Shown here piece after piece: positions 24,143-37,289 of a stretch of DNA of 64,000 nucleotides; the first letter of the stretch is position 1, and each line of letters opens with the position of its first letter. The stretch is from Squalus acanthias (taxonomy: Eukaryota): NCBI GenBank assembly GCA_030390025.1, contig CM059434.1, positions 111,352,001-111,416,000 of the forward strand, given 5' to 3'. The translations under genes were made by a program, and so were the position numbers. The notes beneath the pieces were generated by a model that made no database searches, was not told where the DNA came from, and saw only the letters and a program-made list of their open reading frames with translations.

Positions 24143-24724
24143 TTGAGTGTCTCACCTCCTGACTCCCCAAAGCCTTTCCACCATCTTCAAGGTACAAGTC
24201 AGGAGTGTGATGGAATACTCTCCACCTGCCTGGTTGAGTGCAGCTCCAAAAACACTCAAGAAGCTCAACACCATCCAAGACAAAGCAGCCCACTTGATTG
24301 GCACCCCATCCACCACCTTAACCATTCACTCCCTCCATCACCGACGTACCGTGGCTGCAGTGTGTACCATCTACAAGATGCACTGTAGCAACTCGCCAAG
24401 GCTTCTTTGGCAGCACCTCCCAAACCCGTGACCTCTACCACCTAGAAGGGCAAGGGCAGCAGGCGCATGTGAACACCACCACCTCCAAGTTCCCCTCCAA
24501 GTCACACACCATCCTTACTTGGAAGTATATCGCCATTCCTTCATCATTGCTGGGTCAAAATCCTGGAACTCCCTCCCTAGCTGCACTGTGGGAGTACCTT
24601 CACCACACGGACTGCAGCGGTTTAAGAAGGCGGCTCACCACCACCTTCTCAAGGGCAACTAGGGATGGACAATAAATGCTGGCCTTGCCAGTGACGCCCA
24701 CATCCCAGGAATGAATAAAAAAAA
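24143..24724 (+). mobile_element. LINE 3' fragment ('...HHHLLKGN' family)
   Basis: SHLLTPQSLSTIFKVQVRSVMEYSP..., with 3' tail and poly(A). Confidence 0.88.
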
Positions 24725-24771
24725 TTATTGTCCCCTCTTTATGAGGCAGCTAATATAGCAGTAAAATGATA

Positions 24772-24922
24772 GGCCAGGAAATTCCTCAAAGCTGCTCCCG
24801 CTCCGCCATCATTACCTTGCAGGAAGTGCGACAGAAACCCTGTTTACGCGCATAATCGGGGACTACACCACACTTCTGGAAAAGTAATGATGGTAGGAGC
24901 AGCTTTGAGGAATTTCCCGGCC
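24772..24922. mobile_element. 151-bp palindromic Harbinger-type MITE
   Basis: ggccaggaaattcctcaaagctgctcc... inverted to ...ggagcagctttgaggaatttcccggcc; flanks ATA/ATT. Confidence 0.75.
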
Positions 24923-25268
24923 ATTGTGTGAAATTTCTTTTGCCAAAACCAATTTAACAGCTTCTGAAAGCCAGTTTAGTGCTCAATGGCTTAACATGAA
25001 AATGTCCAAACTGTAGTATGATAAACACAACCATTAAAATTTAATATGGTAATAATTGTAATGTCCAACAATCTGGCGATGTTGCTTTAAGAATGTTCCA
25101 AGATTATTACTTCCTGCCAAGCTGCTACACAGGTCACCTTAATGCTTTGCTTAAATGTGTAATCAGAGAGAACAGGTTAAAACCAGTTGTATAATCAGTA
25201 CAGAAGCGCATGAGGCCTACATTTTCCAATTGTGACTTCTGCACAGCATGAGGATGCACCCCTGACCT

Positions 25269-25465
25269 GGGCTGAATTTCTAGCCCCGGGGTCATTAATG
25301 GTGGGCTCTCTGGCATCCATACAGGAGTCATGCTGAACTTGGGCTGCAACATTGGGTCTCGGAGACCAGGAAATGGGGAGGAGGCATAAAGTCATGGAGA
25401 CAGTGGAGCCATCCCCGAACAAATTTCCGGTCCCTCCTGCTCGAGAGCTGATGAAAATTCAGCAA
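25269..25465. mobile_element. Small Harbinger-type MITE
   Basis: Ends GGGCTGAATTT ... AAAATTCAGC. Confidence 0.45.
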
Positions 25466-28400
25466 GTTAGTTTATTGCAGCATAGGCACATGCAGAGGCC
25501 AAATGCAGCACTGCTGCCCCCACAGCACTAGAACCACTTTATCAGGCCCATTGTACAGGAGGTAAACACTCATGTCATTCAATGTATCTTCCCAGGAAGT
25601 CCACTGACAATAATAAAATCATCAGGAGGAGGCTAGAAATTCGCAACCTAACCTCTATGACTTGCAGCCTCGTATAGATTAAGCTTGTATCACACAGATC
25701 AGGTTGAAATCATCTTGGATACCTAGGCCGACCTCTATTGCATGCCACCTCTGATCCTGCCCTTCCTCCTCCAGAACCAGCGAGAGAAACCAGCGAAATA
25801 TATAGGTTATATTTAAACAGAGTTCAATTATAGTTCCCTCAGCTCACACAGATGGCAGATGGGTTGCCGCTTTCAGAAGATGTGAATCGCTGCAATAGTG
25901 AAACCCATTGACACCATGAAATAAGCAATAAAATTGCTGCATCAGTTTGCAACTACTTGATGTAACTACCAAGTAGGCTCTCCTTTAAAGAATAGGAACA
26001 TAGGAACAGGAGTAGGCCATTTAGCCCCTCGAGCCTGTTCCACCATTCAATGAGATCATGGTTGATCTGATGAGATCATGGCCTAATAGGAAACAACATG
26101 GCTGAATGGATCAGGCATTCAGCACTCATTTTGCACAGGGTGGGGGATCCAGCAGTGCTGTTGAAGTCCTGAGGCTGTATTGTGGGTTTAAAACCTGATT
26201 AACTTTTTTTTGTACACAATGCTTGTGCCAGCCCTCCAGAGGAGAATACTAGCCAACTGGGGAGAGTGGAGTGCTGTGGATAGGAAATGCAAGCAGGTCA
26301 CAATCACATTCAAATCACAACCCTGGCTTTCTTATTTTTTTAATGTGGTTGGTACAGTCAGAGGTTACAGAAGTTGCGACTCCCGTGTCAAATGAATGCC
26401 CTTGTTTCTTTATACTTCTTTTTTAATCAAAAGTGTGACACAGAATATTGTGTGTGACACTTGAAGCATGATGGAGAAGAGTAACAGACTGGAAAGAAGC
26501 ATAATAGATAGGGAATGCAAGCTAAATGCATTATTCTTATACTATAACTGGCAAATTTCCCATAGTGCTATTGAGAGTAGGCCAGAAGATGTGCTCTTTA
26601 CGAAGGATAGGAATATTTTACCATGTTAAAGACAATGACCAGGATTTCCTGTTCTCCCTCTGCCAATTTCTTGCAGTAAATCAGATGGGCAAAAGTTAAA
26701 AATGGGTTGGGGCTCTGAAAGAGTGCATCCCCACTCACTTCTACGTCCCTCTGACTTCCTACCAGAAGGGACAAGCGGTGAACAATCCACCTCCCTATTT
26801 ATTATGGGTTATTTGCAAGAGAAGGAAATACCCACAGACTCAGCATTAAATGGGTGGTCATCCATTCAAAATCATCCCTAAGCAATTGAAAGAGCAAAAT
26901 AACAAGTAAAAACAACAGAAAATGATTTCAATAGCAGAATACTGCGGATGCTGGAAATCTGAAATAACAACAGAAAATGCTGGAAACACTCAGCAGGTCA
27001 GGCAGCATCCGTGGAGAGACCTGCCTCTCCACAGAAAATGATTTCACCCTGGAAAGTAGCAATACCCCTTTTTGGCCTGCCTCCTTGTTCACACTTCAAA
27101 TATATATAATATATATAATCTATATATAAAGAAGCAAAGCAACTCTCTAAAAAAAATACCAGTGCCAGAATGTCTGCAGTTTCTTCATTAACCTTTGTAT
27201 GAACTCAGTCAGTGTTTACATAAGTTAGATTTTATAGTGTTAAAGGGACACATACCTAAACTTTAGCAGATGAATACATTGCTCCAGATGTTCCACCTTC
27301 ACAACCCTGCGCATCTGCAGCCTTTAAGTTGCACTACTTGTGCACCATATTCAGACCATAATAGGAAAAATACCCAAAAAGATTTCAAATGGACATGAAA
27401 GATGTCAAACATTCGACAACGGCTTTGGTCTTGCCAATATTTATTTGGCCGCAATGTCTGCTCATCTAGGACTGGATGTCAGCCAAGCAGTCTAATAACA
27501 CAGAGGTAGTGGAGGGGCCGAGAGAGGTGGAGGTGAGGTAGAGCTGAGTGTCGTCAGCATACATGTGAAACCTGGTGTGTCTTCATATGTTGTCACCGAG
27601 GGGCAGCATGTAGATGAGAAACAGAAACACTTTATTGCATTTCATATGTTCGTCCTGGGTACATTTTATCACTTCTAATACATACCTCTTGTGCAGGCTC
27701 AATTTATGATTTTGTCCTCATGGTTTTGAAAAATTGCTTGAGACAATGCATAGGTATTTTTCAACTAGTAGTAATCCATCTGAAAAGGACATCAAAGAGC
27801 ACATCTATAAATAATTATTTCAACACAGCCTTCTTTTTTCTTGTAAGTTAAAACCAGAATGGTTGGCATAATGAGCGTGTGCTAATGTAGGGCCTTCTAT
27901 GTACATTGGGTTGCCCACACTTTTACTGTAGCCAATCAGCACTATGCAGGAGACTGACTCAACTTTTATAGCTTTGAGCTCATTAAGTTTATGATTAGTA
28001 GCTTAACCCATGGCTCTTTATTGCCTGGCCATCCTATTGGCTTCTCAGTTGTGCTTTAGTTGTGATGGGTCTGGTTTACAGAACTTGCAATAAGTAATGC
28101 AGCACGCACCTGCTCATGTGCTATAAATAGGGGTAAAAAATCATTCTCATTTAATGCAGCCTCAGTGCACGAAGAGTAATTCCACTCCCTGTATTTTTTT
28201 TAACTCCACATTGACCCCAAGTCAACAACAAAGTCAAAAGATTCATGAAAACTCTACAGAAAACTCTTGTACTGCAATAATAGAAGGGAAAGCCTTAAAC
28301 CAAGAATTGTCCAAGTTTCTTAGAACCTACGAAGCAGCTCCACCAACAGTGGCAGTTTTCAACATACCCTTATGAATTAAACTTGATGTTTTGCCCAAGG

Positions 28401-30136
28401 AAGAGAGAGAGAGAGAGAGATCTTGAGATCTGTCAGAGAGACAGATCTGTTAAGGAGATGATGGAAAGATGTGCCAATAGATCCAGGAATGTCAAAGAAC
28501 CTTCTCTGAAAGTAGGAGAAAACTGTACAACAAGTTCTCAAATTCCTATCAGGTCATTCAGAACAAGAGAGGAAATATCTCCCACTTCAAAATATAGCAT
28601 TTACCTTTCCATGACCTCAAGAAAGATGATGATGACTTCCTCATCGCAGCTTGAGAATTATCAAGACCTCCAATTGACCAGGTGGATGCAGCTCAATAAA
28701 GCTCTGAATCAAGATATTCCAGAAGGAAAGGAAGGATGCTTCCTGCCCAAATAAATGTCATAAATGTCTGTTTTATAAAGTCAATTTGGCATTTAAAGTC
28801 AACTAAGCTTCTGGGGTTACTTAACCTTAGTTTAAGGCATTTAAAGTAAACAGGTTGTATTTAAATTTGGTTTAAAAGATTTTCAATTTAAAAAAACACT
28901 ATGAAGGAAGTAATCTTCAATGTGTTTGTGATGTTGCTCTAAGAACCTTCTGGGATTGTTACATCTTGACTATTTGCTACATAGGTAATCTGCACATTTT
29001 GATGAAATATATAACCATTTGTCCATGTAACAATCACTGCAACTTCAAAAAGCAATTTGTCATGTAAAGCACTTTTCAACATGAAAGGCATTATATTGAA
29101 TAAAATACAATCAAGATATATACATAATCAAAAATGTGTTTACAAATACAACTGAAAATTTAGGTCTGGCATATACTGTTATACACATACATATATATTC
29201 TTTAGTTATAAATAGGATTTCTCCCTTATCTCTGCCTTCAATGCCATGTAATTGCATTTTCAGGATGTCTTGACTGAATGCATCATAGTCATTTTCTGCT
29301 TTCTTCTGAATTTCAATAAAAATACTAAATTCAGATCACTATTTAATGGTCTTCAACTTCACATTCGATCCCTGTTTTTGTAAGGACAGCAAACTTGGTT
29401 GTGCTTGTCATAGTGCAGACTTACCCATGCTGGCAGTGGTGGGCACTGATCTCACTGACCTTTGCAATGCTAAGCCCCTCCATCTAAGTCCTTCTGGTCA
29501 GTAGCACAATACCCAGTGTCCACAAAATTCAACAAGGTCACAGTTTTTAAAGGGCTCATGCTCACTATTAAAAGAGCTCATGCTCACCATTAAAGGGAAG
29601 GGGACTGTTTGTTACCTTAAAATGGCTGTATTGGTATGAGGAGACGGCATACATAATGTGTTCAATGAGGGCTTTGTAGAAGACTCATCATTGTCAAAGG
29701 ATTCATTGGAGACCCTGCTGCAGAGGTGTAGCAGAGGAAGGTGGTCTCCTTTGGAGCACAAGGCCACCATCCTAAACTGGGAGAAAATGCAAAATAAATG
29801 TAGTGGTATCAGGAGACGTGCCAGGGTAAGTATACCCACCTTTGCATACAGTATTATTCCATAGAAGGCATGGACAAAGGTAAATGGTGAGCTGCTAGAT
29901 CCTCAGGTAGATAGCATGTAAAGCATGAAGATAACCTTTTCTCTTTTGTTGCACTAAAGCTGTAGGGCACAATTTTCATGGGGCACACTGCAGCCTTGCA
30001 CATAATAGTTCAAAGTTGTGCTCTGAAGGAGACTGGCACTATAAATAGCATGCATGCAGTACCCTCACAATGCAAACGGGCTTATCCGATGGATGCCAAA
30101 GTTCAGTCAATTTTTCAGTGAAGGTAGTAAAGACAT

Positions 30137-30810
30137 GGGCTGGATTTTCATTGACCCGTGGAGGTGGGTTTGGAGGCGTGTGGGGAGCTAAAATTGCGAA
30201 AACTGGCGGGTGGGCACAAGCCCGCCTCCATCCCGCCTCCATGCAATTTTCATTAAATCGTGTCTGCTGGTCCCAACTCCGTCCCGCCTCTAAGAGGCGG
30301 GATAGGCTGTTAAGGCCCTTAACAAGCACTAAATTGCCTCTATAATGCTATTTTGAAAGGCCTTTGTGATTTTAACCCTTTTTCTACGTGAAGCACGCCT
30401 GTTCTGAACCACGAATGTGAAACCTACCTGGCTGGCTATGGGGATGCATATATGGATAGCTATGTGGAGGAGACATATCTGGGAGTGATGATGTAAAATA
30501 TCTGGGAGCAGTGGTGTAAAAATATCTGGGAGCAGACTTAGAGCTGCTGCTGCTCATTTTGCATCCAGGTCCTCTCACAGCAAAGGCCAGGCAGTCTTTG
30601 AAGACCTTCAATGCAGCAGCAATGATGACATCATCAGAGGCGACTTTCAGACTGAAAACACTAATTGGTTCATGGGTTCCTACATGCTGGAACTCAATTG
30701 CCCAATTAGGTGAAAATTGCATCAATCTCCCACATCCAATTGCAGTCGGGTGGATAACACGAAAAGTGGATGACATGACCCCAACTCGCCCCAGTATCAA
30801 AATCCAGCTC
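30137..30810 (+). mobile_element. Non-autonomous derivative of the 31800-36119 Harbinger family
   Basis: TIRs GGGCTGGATTTT / AAAATCCAGCTC. 5' ~290 bp resembles 31800-32090; 3' ~300 bp resembles 35805-36119. Confidence 0.85.
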
Positions 30811-32328
30811 ATAGCTACTGTAAACATGCTCAGGAAATAGTGGCACATTGTATAAGTATGGGTCTTTGGGTTTTGACTTGAGTGTACTTACAATCTGATG
30901 TGCCATTGCACCTGAAGATTTTGGCCCTCATGAAATCATCCTCCCCAACTAATTTGTGCAGTACAATGGGAACACCTAAAGAGATTCCTATCCTTACAAT
31001 TTTACAGAATGCAGCAACAATTGAAAAGACTGCAGGAATCTCTTTCTTAGGAAAGTGAATGGCTTTGTAATGATGCACAAATACAGACGAAAAAAAGCAA
31101 TGTGAAATGCTGAATGCAAAAGTAGATTAATAGATTAATGCTCACTGCCAAAAAAACATTTCACTCCAATAACAGCAACCTTGCTTTAAAGATTATACAA
31201 AAGCAGGCTAAGCCAATCATGGACCAATTTTACATTGGTGGGCTGTGCACTGGGGGCAGAGCTCGGGTGAAACTTGTGAAATTCACAAGGGATCTTATTT
31301 AATAATTTCACTTAAATGCCTGAAGCACAGCCTAATCTCATGCAGAAAATTCAGATTGTAACATTCAGTGTGATACAAGTGGAACATGTGACATAATGCA
31401 CCCAGGAACCCCTTAGCAGTTTGCAGCAGTCTCCCCTATCCACCCAACCCATTTGCTTGATTTTGGTTTTGAGCCATAGCTTATCCACTTAACACCCACC
31501 CTGTGTGGTCTGGTCTTGAGCATAGCATTTGGGCTTACCCATCCGACCAGTTGCAGCCACTGCATTGACATTGCAATCATCTCCCGCCACCTGTTTAATA
31601 TTGTCAGCAGTAATGTTTTGTCCTTGAGGATACTATTTCATGCCTTGCATCCTTATATCATGGCCTTGAATTTGTGACCTCAACCCTTCAGTGGTAAACC
31701 CCTTAATCCACCTACCTACATCACCGCTCCTCCTCGCAGTGCTAAGCTACCACTGATCTGTAAAAGAAGAAGAATTCTTTAGAAGCACTTAACCTCATTG
31801 GGCTCGATTTTGCTAGGCCCGAAGAGGTGGGAATGGAGGCGTGTGGGGTGTTAAAATTGCAAAAAATGGCGGGCGGGCCCGACCCCGCCTCCATCCCGCC
31901 TCTGAGCAATTTTCCCAAATGTGTGGTTTCTGATCCCGTCTCTGTCCCACCTCCAAGAGTCGGGATAGGCCCTTAAGGCCCTTAACAACCACTTAATTAC
32001 CTCTATAATCCCATTTTGAGAGGCCTTTCTGATTTTAACACTTTTCCCATGTGATGCACGCCTCCTCTGAAACACGACGGTGAAACCTGGCGGTAACAGG
32101 ATTGGATTGCTGACTATCAGCTGCAGCTCCACCATTAAAAAGGAGATTTGATCAATCATCATTTGCAGGTGGCAGAACTTTGTTGTCTCAGGTCTGGGGG
32201 AACTTTTAACAGGCATAACCATTGCTGTGGAAGTTTGGAGCCTGACACCCATCTCCAGTGTAACCTCCTGGAAAACCCTCTCGCCACCTTGAATGAGCGC
32301 TTCCTCAACTGAGGCATATACCAGAATC

Positions 32329-33576
32329 ACGGGAACCATTTATTTCCTTTCCTCCTGGACATCAGATGAGGACGAAGACCAGCTGCGGCAGCAGCAGAAC
32401 CCTGAACAACAGCAGCACCAACTGCAGGAGCAACAGCAGCAGCTCCAAGCTGCTGCTCACCCACCTGAAGCTGCACAGGCCAGATAGCACCAGCGCATGG
32501 AAGCACGTCGGCGCAGGAGATACCCCCAAAACAGGGTCTACAGACAGAGGATCAGCTACCTCAACATGACTGAGCAGCAGTGCCAAAGGCGGCTCCGACT
32601 ATCGCGAGAGGTAGTGGGTGACATCTGCGCAATGGTGCAGCAAGACCTGGAGCACAGAGGAGCAGGTGGACACCCCTTACCAGTGCCCGTCAAAGTCACC
32701 ACCGCACTCAACTTTTTTGCCTCAGGTTCATTCCAGAGATCAGCAGCAGACATCAGCAGCATCTCCCAGGCGGCCGCACACACTTGCATCACGCAGGTAA
32801 CCGATGCCTCTTTGCCATCGCGCACAATCACATCCATTTCTCCAAGGATCAAGCCAGTGTAACTGTGCGTGCGGTTGGGTTTGACAATCTGGCAGGCTTT
32901 CCAAAGGGTGCAGGGTGTCATTGACTGCACACATGTGGCCCTTAAGGCACCCCATCACAATCCAGGTATTTTTGTCAACCGCAAGGGCTTCCACTCCCTC
33001 AATGTACAGCTGGTGTGTGACCACAAGAAGGAAATTTTGCATGTTTGTGCCAAGTACCCTGGCAGTTGCCATGACTCCTTCATCCTGCACCAGTCTAGTG
33101 TGCCTCCGCTCTTCAGTCCGCCAGACCAACTTAACGGATGGCTACTTGGAGACAAGGGCTATCCCCTGAAGACGTGGCTAATGACGCCGTTGAGGAGCCA
33201 TCCAACGATGCTGAGGAGAGCTACAACTACAGCCACATTTCCACCAGATCCATAATCGAGCAAACCATCGGCTTGCTGAAGATGCGCTTCAGATGCCTGG
33301 ATAGATCAGGTGGAGCCCTGCAGTACTCAGCAGCCAGGGTCTCCAGAATCATCATGGCTTGCTGTGCACTTCACAACATGGCACAGCGTCATAGGCTTGC
33401 AGATTCCTGAGGACCAAGTGGCTCCTCACATATCCTCCTCAGATAAGGAGGAGGAGGGGGAGGAAGAGAGCGAAAACGATCATCTTGCAGAGGCGCATCA
33501 ACCAGCGGCAGCAGTACGCGAGAATATTGCTGCCTGGAATGCAAGGAACGCACTCATCTTGGCCAGATTTGCTTAG
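32329..33576 (+). pseudogene. Harbinger (HARBI1-like) DDE transposase, disrupted
   Basis: Q-rich N-terminus, [63 protein letters not shown]. The start appears mutated to ACG; one stop and several frameshifts. Confidence 0.9.
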
Positions 33577-33833
33577 CCTAGCCAATCGAGCACTTTTGCC
33601 TCGCAGCTTCTTACCAGAGCATCGACAATGGCCAAGAACCAGCGGAATCCTAGCACTCTGACCACCATACTGACAATTGCAAGTCATCCTAAGCCCTCAA
33701 TGTGGAAGTCCCATTAGCGATATGACACACGCCACAACTGCAACAGTTGCCATCAGTATTTTTATTTACAATAACCAACTGATGGCTTTTCAACATTAAA
33801 CATCACATTTCACCCAAGTGACTACCCTTGTGA

Positions 33834-35840
33834 CTATTTGTGCAGTATCTTTCTCTTACGAGTGCTCCTACGTGGTGGTTCCCCCTTGGCATCAGCAGAT
33901 GTGGAGGTCCCTTGCTCACTTTCTTGCTGCTCGTGTCTCGACACCTTTGGCAGGCATCCTCTGGGGTTGCGAACCTGTGAGGGCTCGACAACAGTCTGCT
34001 GCTCCTGCGGCTGTGCAGGGGTTGAGACGCCGATCTCAGTTGGGTGGGGACTCTGGTGGGGCTCTGATCGAGGACTTTGCAGTGGCATGGTCGTGTGAGC
34101 GCTTGGAGAGGAGCCCCCACTTCCTTGCTCTCTGCCACCAACATCCCTCTCATGGGTCAGCCCCACCTCAGAGCTAGCAAGTGGCTTGACAGCACCTTGC
34201 TGCACTTCAGGGGGGCCATGAGGATCCATTTCTGTACTGGAAGTCCTATTCCCGAGGACTTGCATGAAGGTCTGGTTTGTTTGCTCAATAGCTGACCATC
34301 GCTCCTCAAGAGATGTCAGTCTATTCTGAACAATTACCATGTTTTCCATACCCTGGCGACTAAGCTCCTCCATGGACATAGCCATCCTCTCCTCTATCGT
34401 AGCCATCCTCTCCTCTACAGTAGCCAGCCTCACCATGGAGGTAGCCATCCTTTCCACGGAGGTTGCCATCCTTTCCGTGGTGATGCGTTCATGCGCCAAC
34501 GCCTCCACAAAGGCTTTGCTCATGTTAGCGATGGACTCCTCCATTCGCTCCACACTCACAGCGACCCTGGAGACAAAACCTGCCAGAGACTCCTGCACCT
34601 CTTCCTGGAGTTCCAGCACTGCTGTTCTTCTGGATGGACCCAGAGGCAGAGGGTCGACATGCAGCTGAGCCGAGCTGGGAGAGTCTGCGCCCTCCAACTA
34701 GGACTCTCTACTGCTGTCCCTGTCTCCACCATCTGCTGATGCTCACTTGTGAGCTGTGATACACCAAGTGACAACACTACTCTATCTCGCGATGGTCCCA
34801 CCGAGGTGTGAGTGTCTGCGCTGGTGCTGTGTTGGCTGAATTCTGCTGACGCTGTGCCCTCAGAGGTTGCAGCTTCCTCTGAGGTGTCTGGAGGCTCAGG
34901 CTGGTCCTCCTGGATAGTGGGGACGGGTGCTTGCGATGGTCCTGTGGGGGAGTAAAGGAAAGAGTCAGAGATGTGAGGCCAAGGTTACATGCACAGTGCA
35001 TATTGCAGATGATCATAAGTCCATCTGTTAGAGCTTCAGAATCATTATCAGCGACTCATGCAATGTCAATGAGAGAGATGAAAAACTATTCTGTCACCAG
35101 CTTGCTTTGATGCATCCGTCTGTCCGTCCCCCACTTGCGCATCGTCCTCAACTCCCACGATCTCCAGGGCTGCCTCCTCCCAAGGGGTGAGGTGGGCTAC
35201 TGAGGGTGGCCCTCCTCCTGTCCTTGCTCTTTCCCTCTTATTGTGAGCTCTCTTTTCCTGCAATGAGGGAGACAAGTGGAGTTTGAGTGAGAATGAAGGA
35301 GTGAGTGTAGAGAATCCATAGCATAGATGCTTAGAAGGAGTCAAAGATGGAGTGAGATGGCAGGACCAAGGGCCCTCCCTGTGTGTTGTAAGTTGTTTTC
35401 ATAGCATCACAGTGATAGGGAGTGTGAGGGCTGCATAGTCGAATAGTTAGGTGAATGTGAACATACAGAGAGAGGGAATGGGTAAGGGTGCAGGGATGTC
35501 AGTGTCAAGTGGGATGTGGAGGAAGAGGTTGCTAAAGCTGAGTGCTGGTGAGGAGAGGCAATGGGGATCAGATTGAGGGTGATGGGAAAGTCATACTCAC
35601 TTTTCCAGTGCGCAGAAGGTCATGAAACCTCTTCCTGCACTGAAGCCAGGTTCTGCAGATCAGCGACAACGAGTTGACCTCCTGGGCCACCTGGATCCAC
35701 ACAGCCTTCGTCTGCTGGGGAGGCTTCTTCCTCCCTGAAGAAGGGAAGAGCACCTCCTTATTAACTCTTGCTCCCTCCACCAAAGCTTGCAGGGTGACGT
35801 CATCAAATCTGGGAGCAGACTTAGGTCTCCTGCTGCTCAT
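33834..35840 (-). pseudogene. Harbinger Myb/SANT-like (MSANTD/NAIF1-like) partner gene, 3 exons
   Basis: Exons 35840-35601 (APRFDDVTLQALV...W..VAQEV...RTWLQCRKRFHDL; GTGAGT donor), 35257-35098 (EKRAHNKRERARTGGG) and 34941-33834 (coiled-coil and basic C-terminus); one frameshift near 34690. Confidence 0.85.
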
Positions 35841-36209
35841 TTTGCCTCCAGGTCCCTCTCACAGCAAAGGCCAAAAGGTTGGCAGTCTGCAGAAGAAGCA
35901 AGGCTTCTTGCAGACCTTAAATGCAGCAGCAATGATGACGTCATCGGAGGCGACTTTCAGACTGAAAAAACTAATTGGGTCATGGGTTCCCACATGCTGG
36001 AACTCAATTGCCCAATTAGGGGAAAATCGCATAATTCTCCCACATCGAATTGGAGTCGGGTGGCTAACACGAAAAGCGGATGACACGACACCAGCCCACC
36101 CCATGACAAAATCGAGCCCATTATATTTTTCAAATATTTAGCTTTAACTCTTAAGAGCTTTAGCAAACTAAAAGCCTAATTTTTAGATTCAATATTAGGG
36201 GCATTATTT

Positions 36210-36710
36210 AGTTGCAAGTTACCTGGCAAGATCCATGATGCTTTCATCTTGCAATAGCCAATGGTACCACAACTCTTTGAAGGAGCAGGATGGTTGGACG
36301 AATGCCTTCTGGGGGACCAGGGATACCTCTTGTTGTCCTAGCTATTGATACCAGCCTGGAACCGCTATTCCAACATGGAAAGAGAATACTATGAGGCTCG
36401 TGCCTCCACACGAATTCTCACAGAACATATAATCAACATGTTGAACCTTTAAGTGTCTGGAGGGATCAGACAGGATCCTATTCTACTGCTCCAAGAAAGA
36501 ATTAAAGATTATTTGCATCCGTTGTGTTCTGACTAATTTTGCCATTAGTAGAGTGAACCTATGTAGCCACAAAGGCCGGAAGGCTCGGCTACACATCGCC
36601 CAGAGAGGAAGATGAAGAAGAGGTAGAGCAGGACGAAGAAGAAGTGAGTCCGGCTGATGCATGGCCAGGAAAACTGTTGTGACAAGGACTAATTGACCAC
36701 ACTTTTAGTT
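36210..36710 (+). pseudogene. Old Harbinger transposase 3' remnant
   Basis: PGKIHDAFIL...VPQLFEG...LLGDQGY and an acidic tail, with stops and frameshifts. Confidence 0.7.
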
Positions 36711-37289
36711 AAAAGCAGCCCTGAAGGCCCAACATTAACAGCTTTTGTGTACTGCACTTGCTGTGCACCAGCATACTGGGTCAAATCCTGCATTCACTAC
36801 CATCCCTGCACTAACCAGCATGTGTTTCTTTAGCCAACAAATCATCAGCAAACTTTCTAAAGAAGGAACAATCGATCAATATTTCCACTCCACATATGCG
36901 TCCCTACATCAATGTTTGCTTCCTCAGGGCTTCTCTTGATGGAAGTGTAGTGTATGTTGTTTACTTCCTAATCTTCTGCTTTTTCTAAGTGTCACTTCAG
37001 TTGGAAGAGCTAGTGTTAGACTGCTGCTCCTCAGTGGGAACTCATGACTCACCTATGAGTCTGATGGGTGCTCATGTGATAGGGATACTTCCTGCTCCTC
37101 CCTGGTGCCAGCAAGATCCGTACACATAAAGAAGGGGAACTGTTAACATGGGTTCTGCAGCCAATGGCTAAGCACACAGTGACAAGGTTGGAGTAGTAAA
37201 GATCTATGTTGAAGGTGCTATATAAATGCAAGTTGTTGTTGAGGCAATTGCATTTCTCTTTACTATACATGTCATTATACTGCTATCCC

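Larger units (their letters stand above)
31800..36119 (+). mobile_element. Full-length PIF/Harbinger transposon (4320 bp)
   Basis: Perfect 13-bp TIR GGGCTCGATTTTG / CAAAATCGAGCCC, TSD ATT; convergent transposase and Myb/SANT genes. Confidence 0.95.

Noticed and set aside
29660-29830. Myb/SANT-like exon (SKDSLETLLQ...)
   Set aside because: Only a faint resemblance to Harbinger partner exon 1; too decayed to call.
32329-33576. Domesticated host HARBI1/NAIF1 genes
   Set aside because: Multi-copy, TIR/TSD-flanked and disrupted; these are transposon copies.
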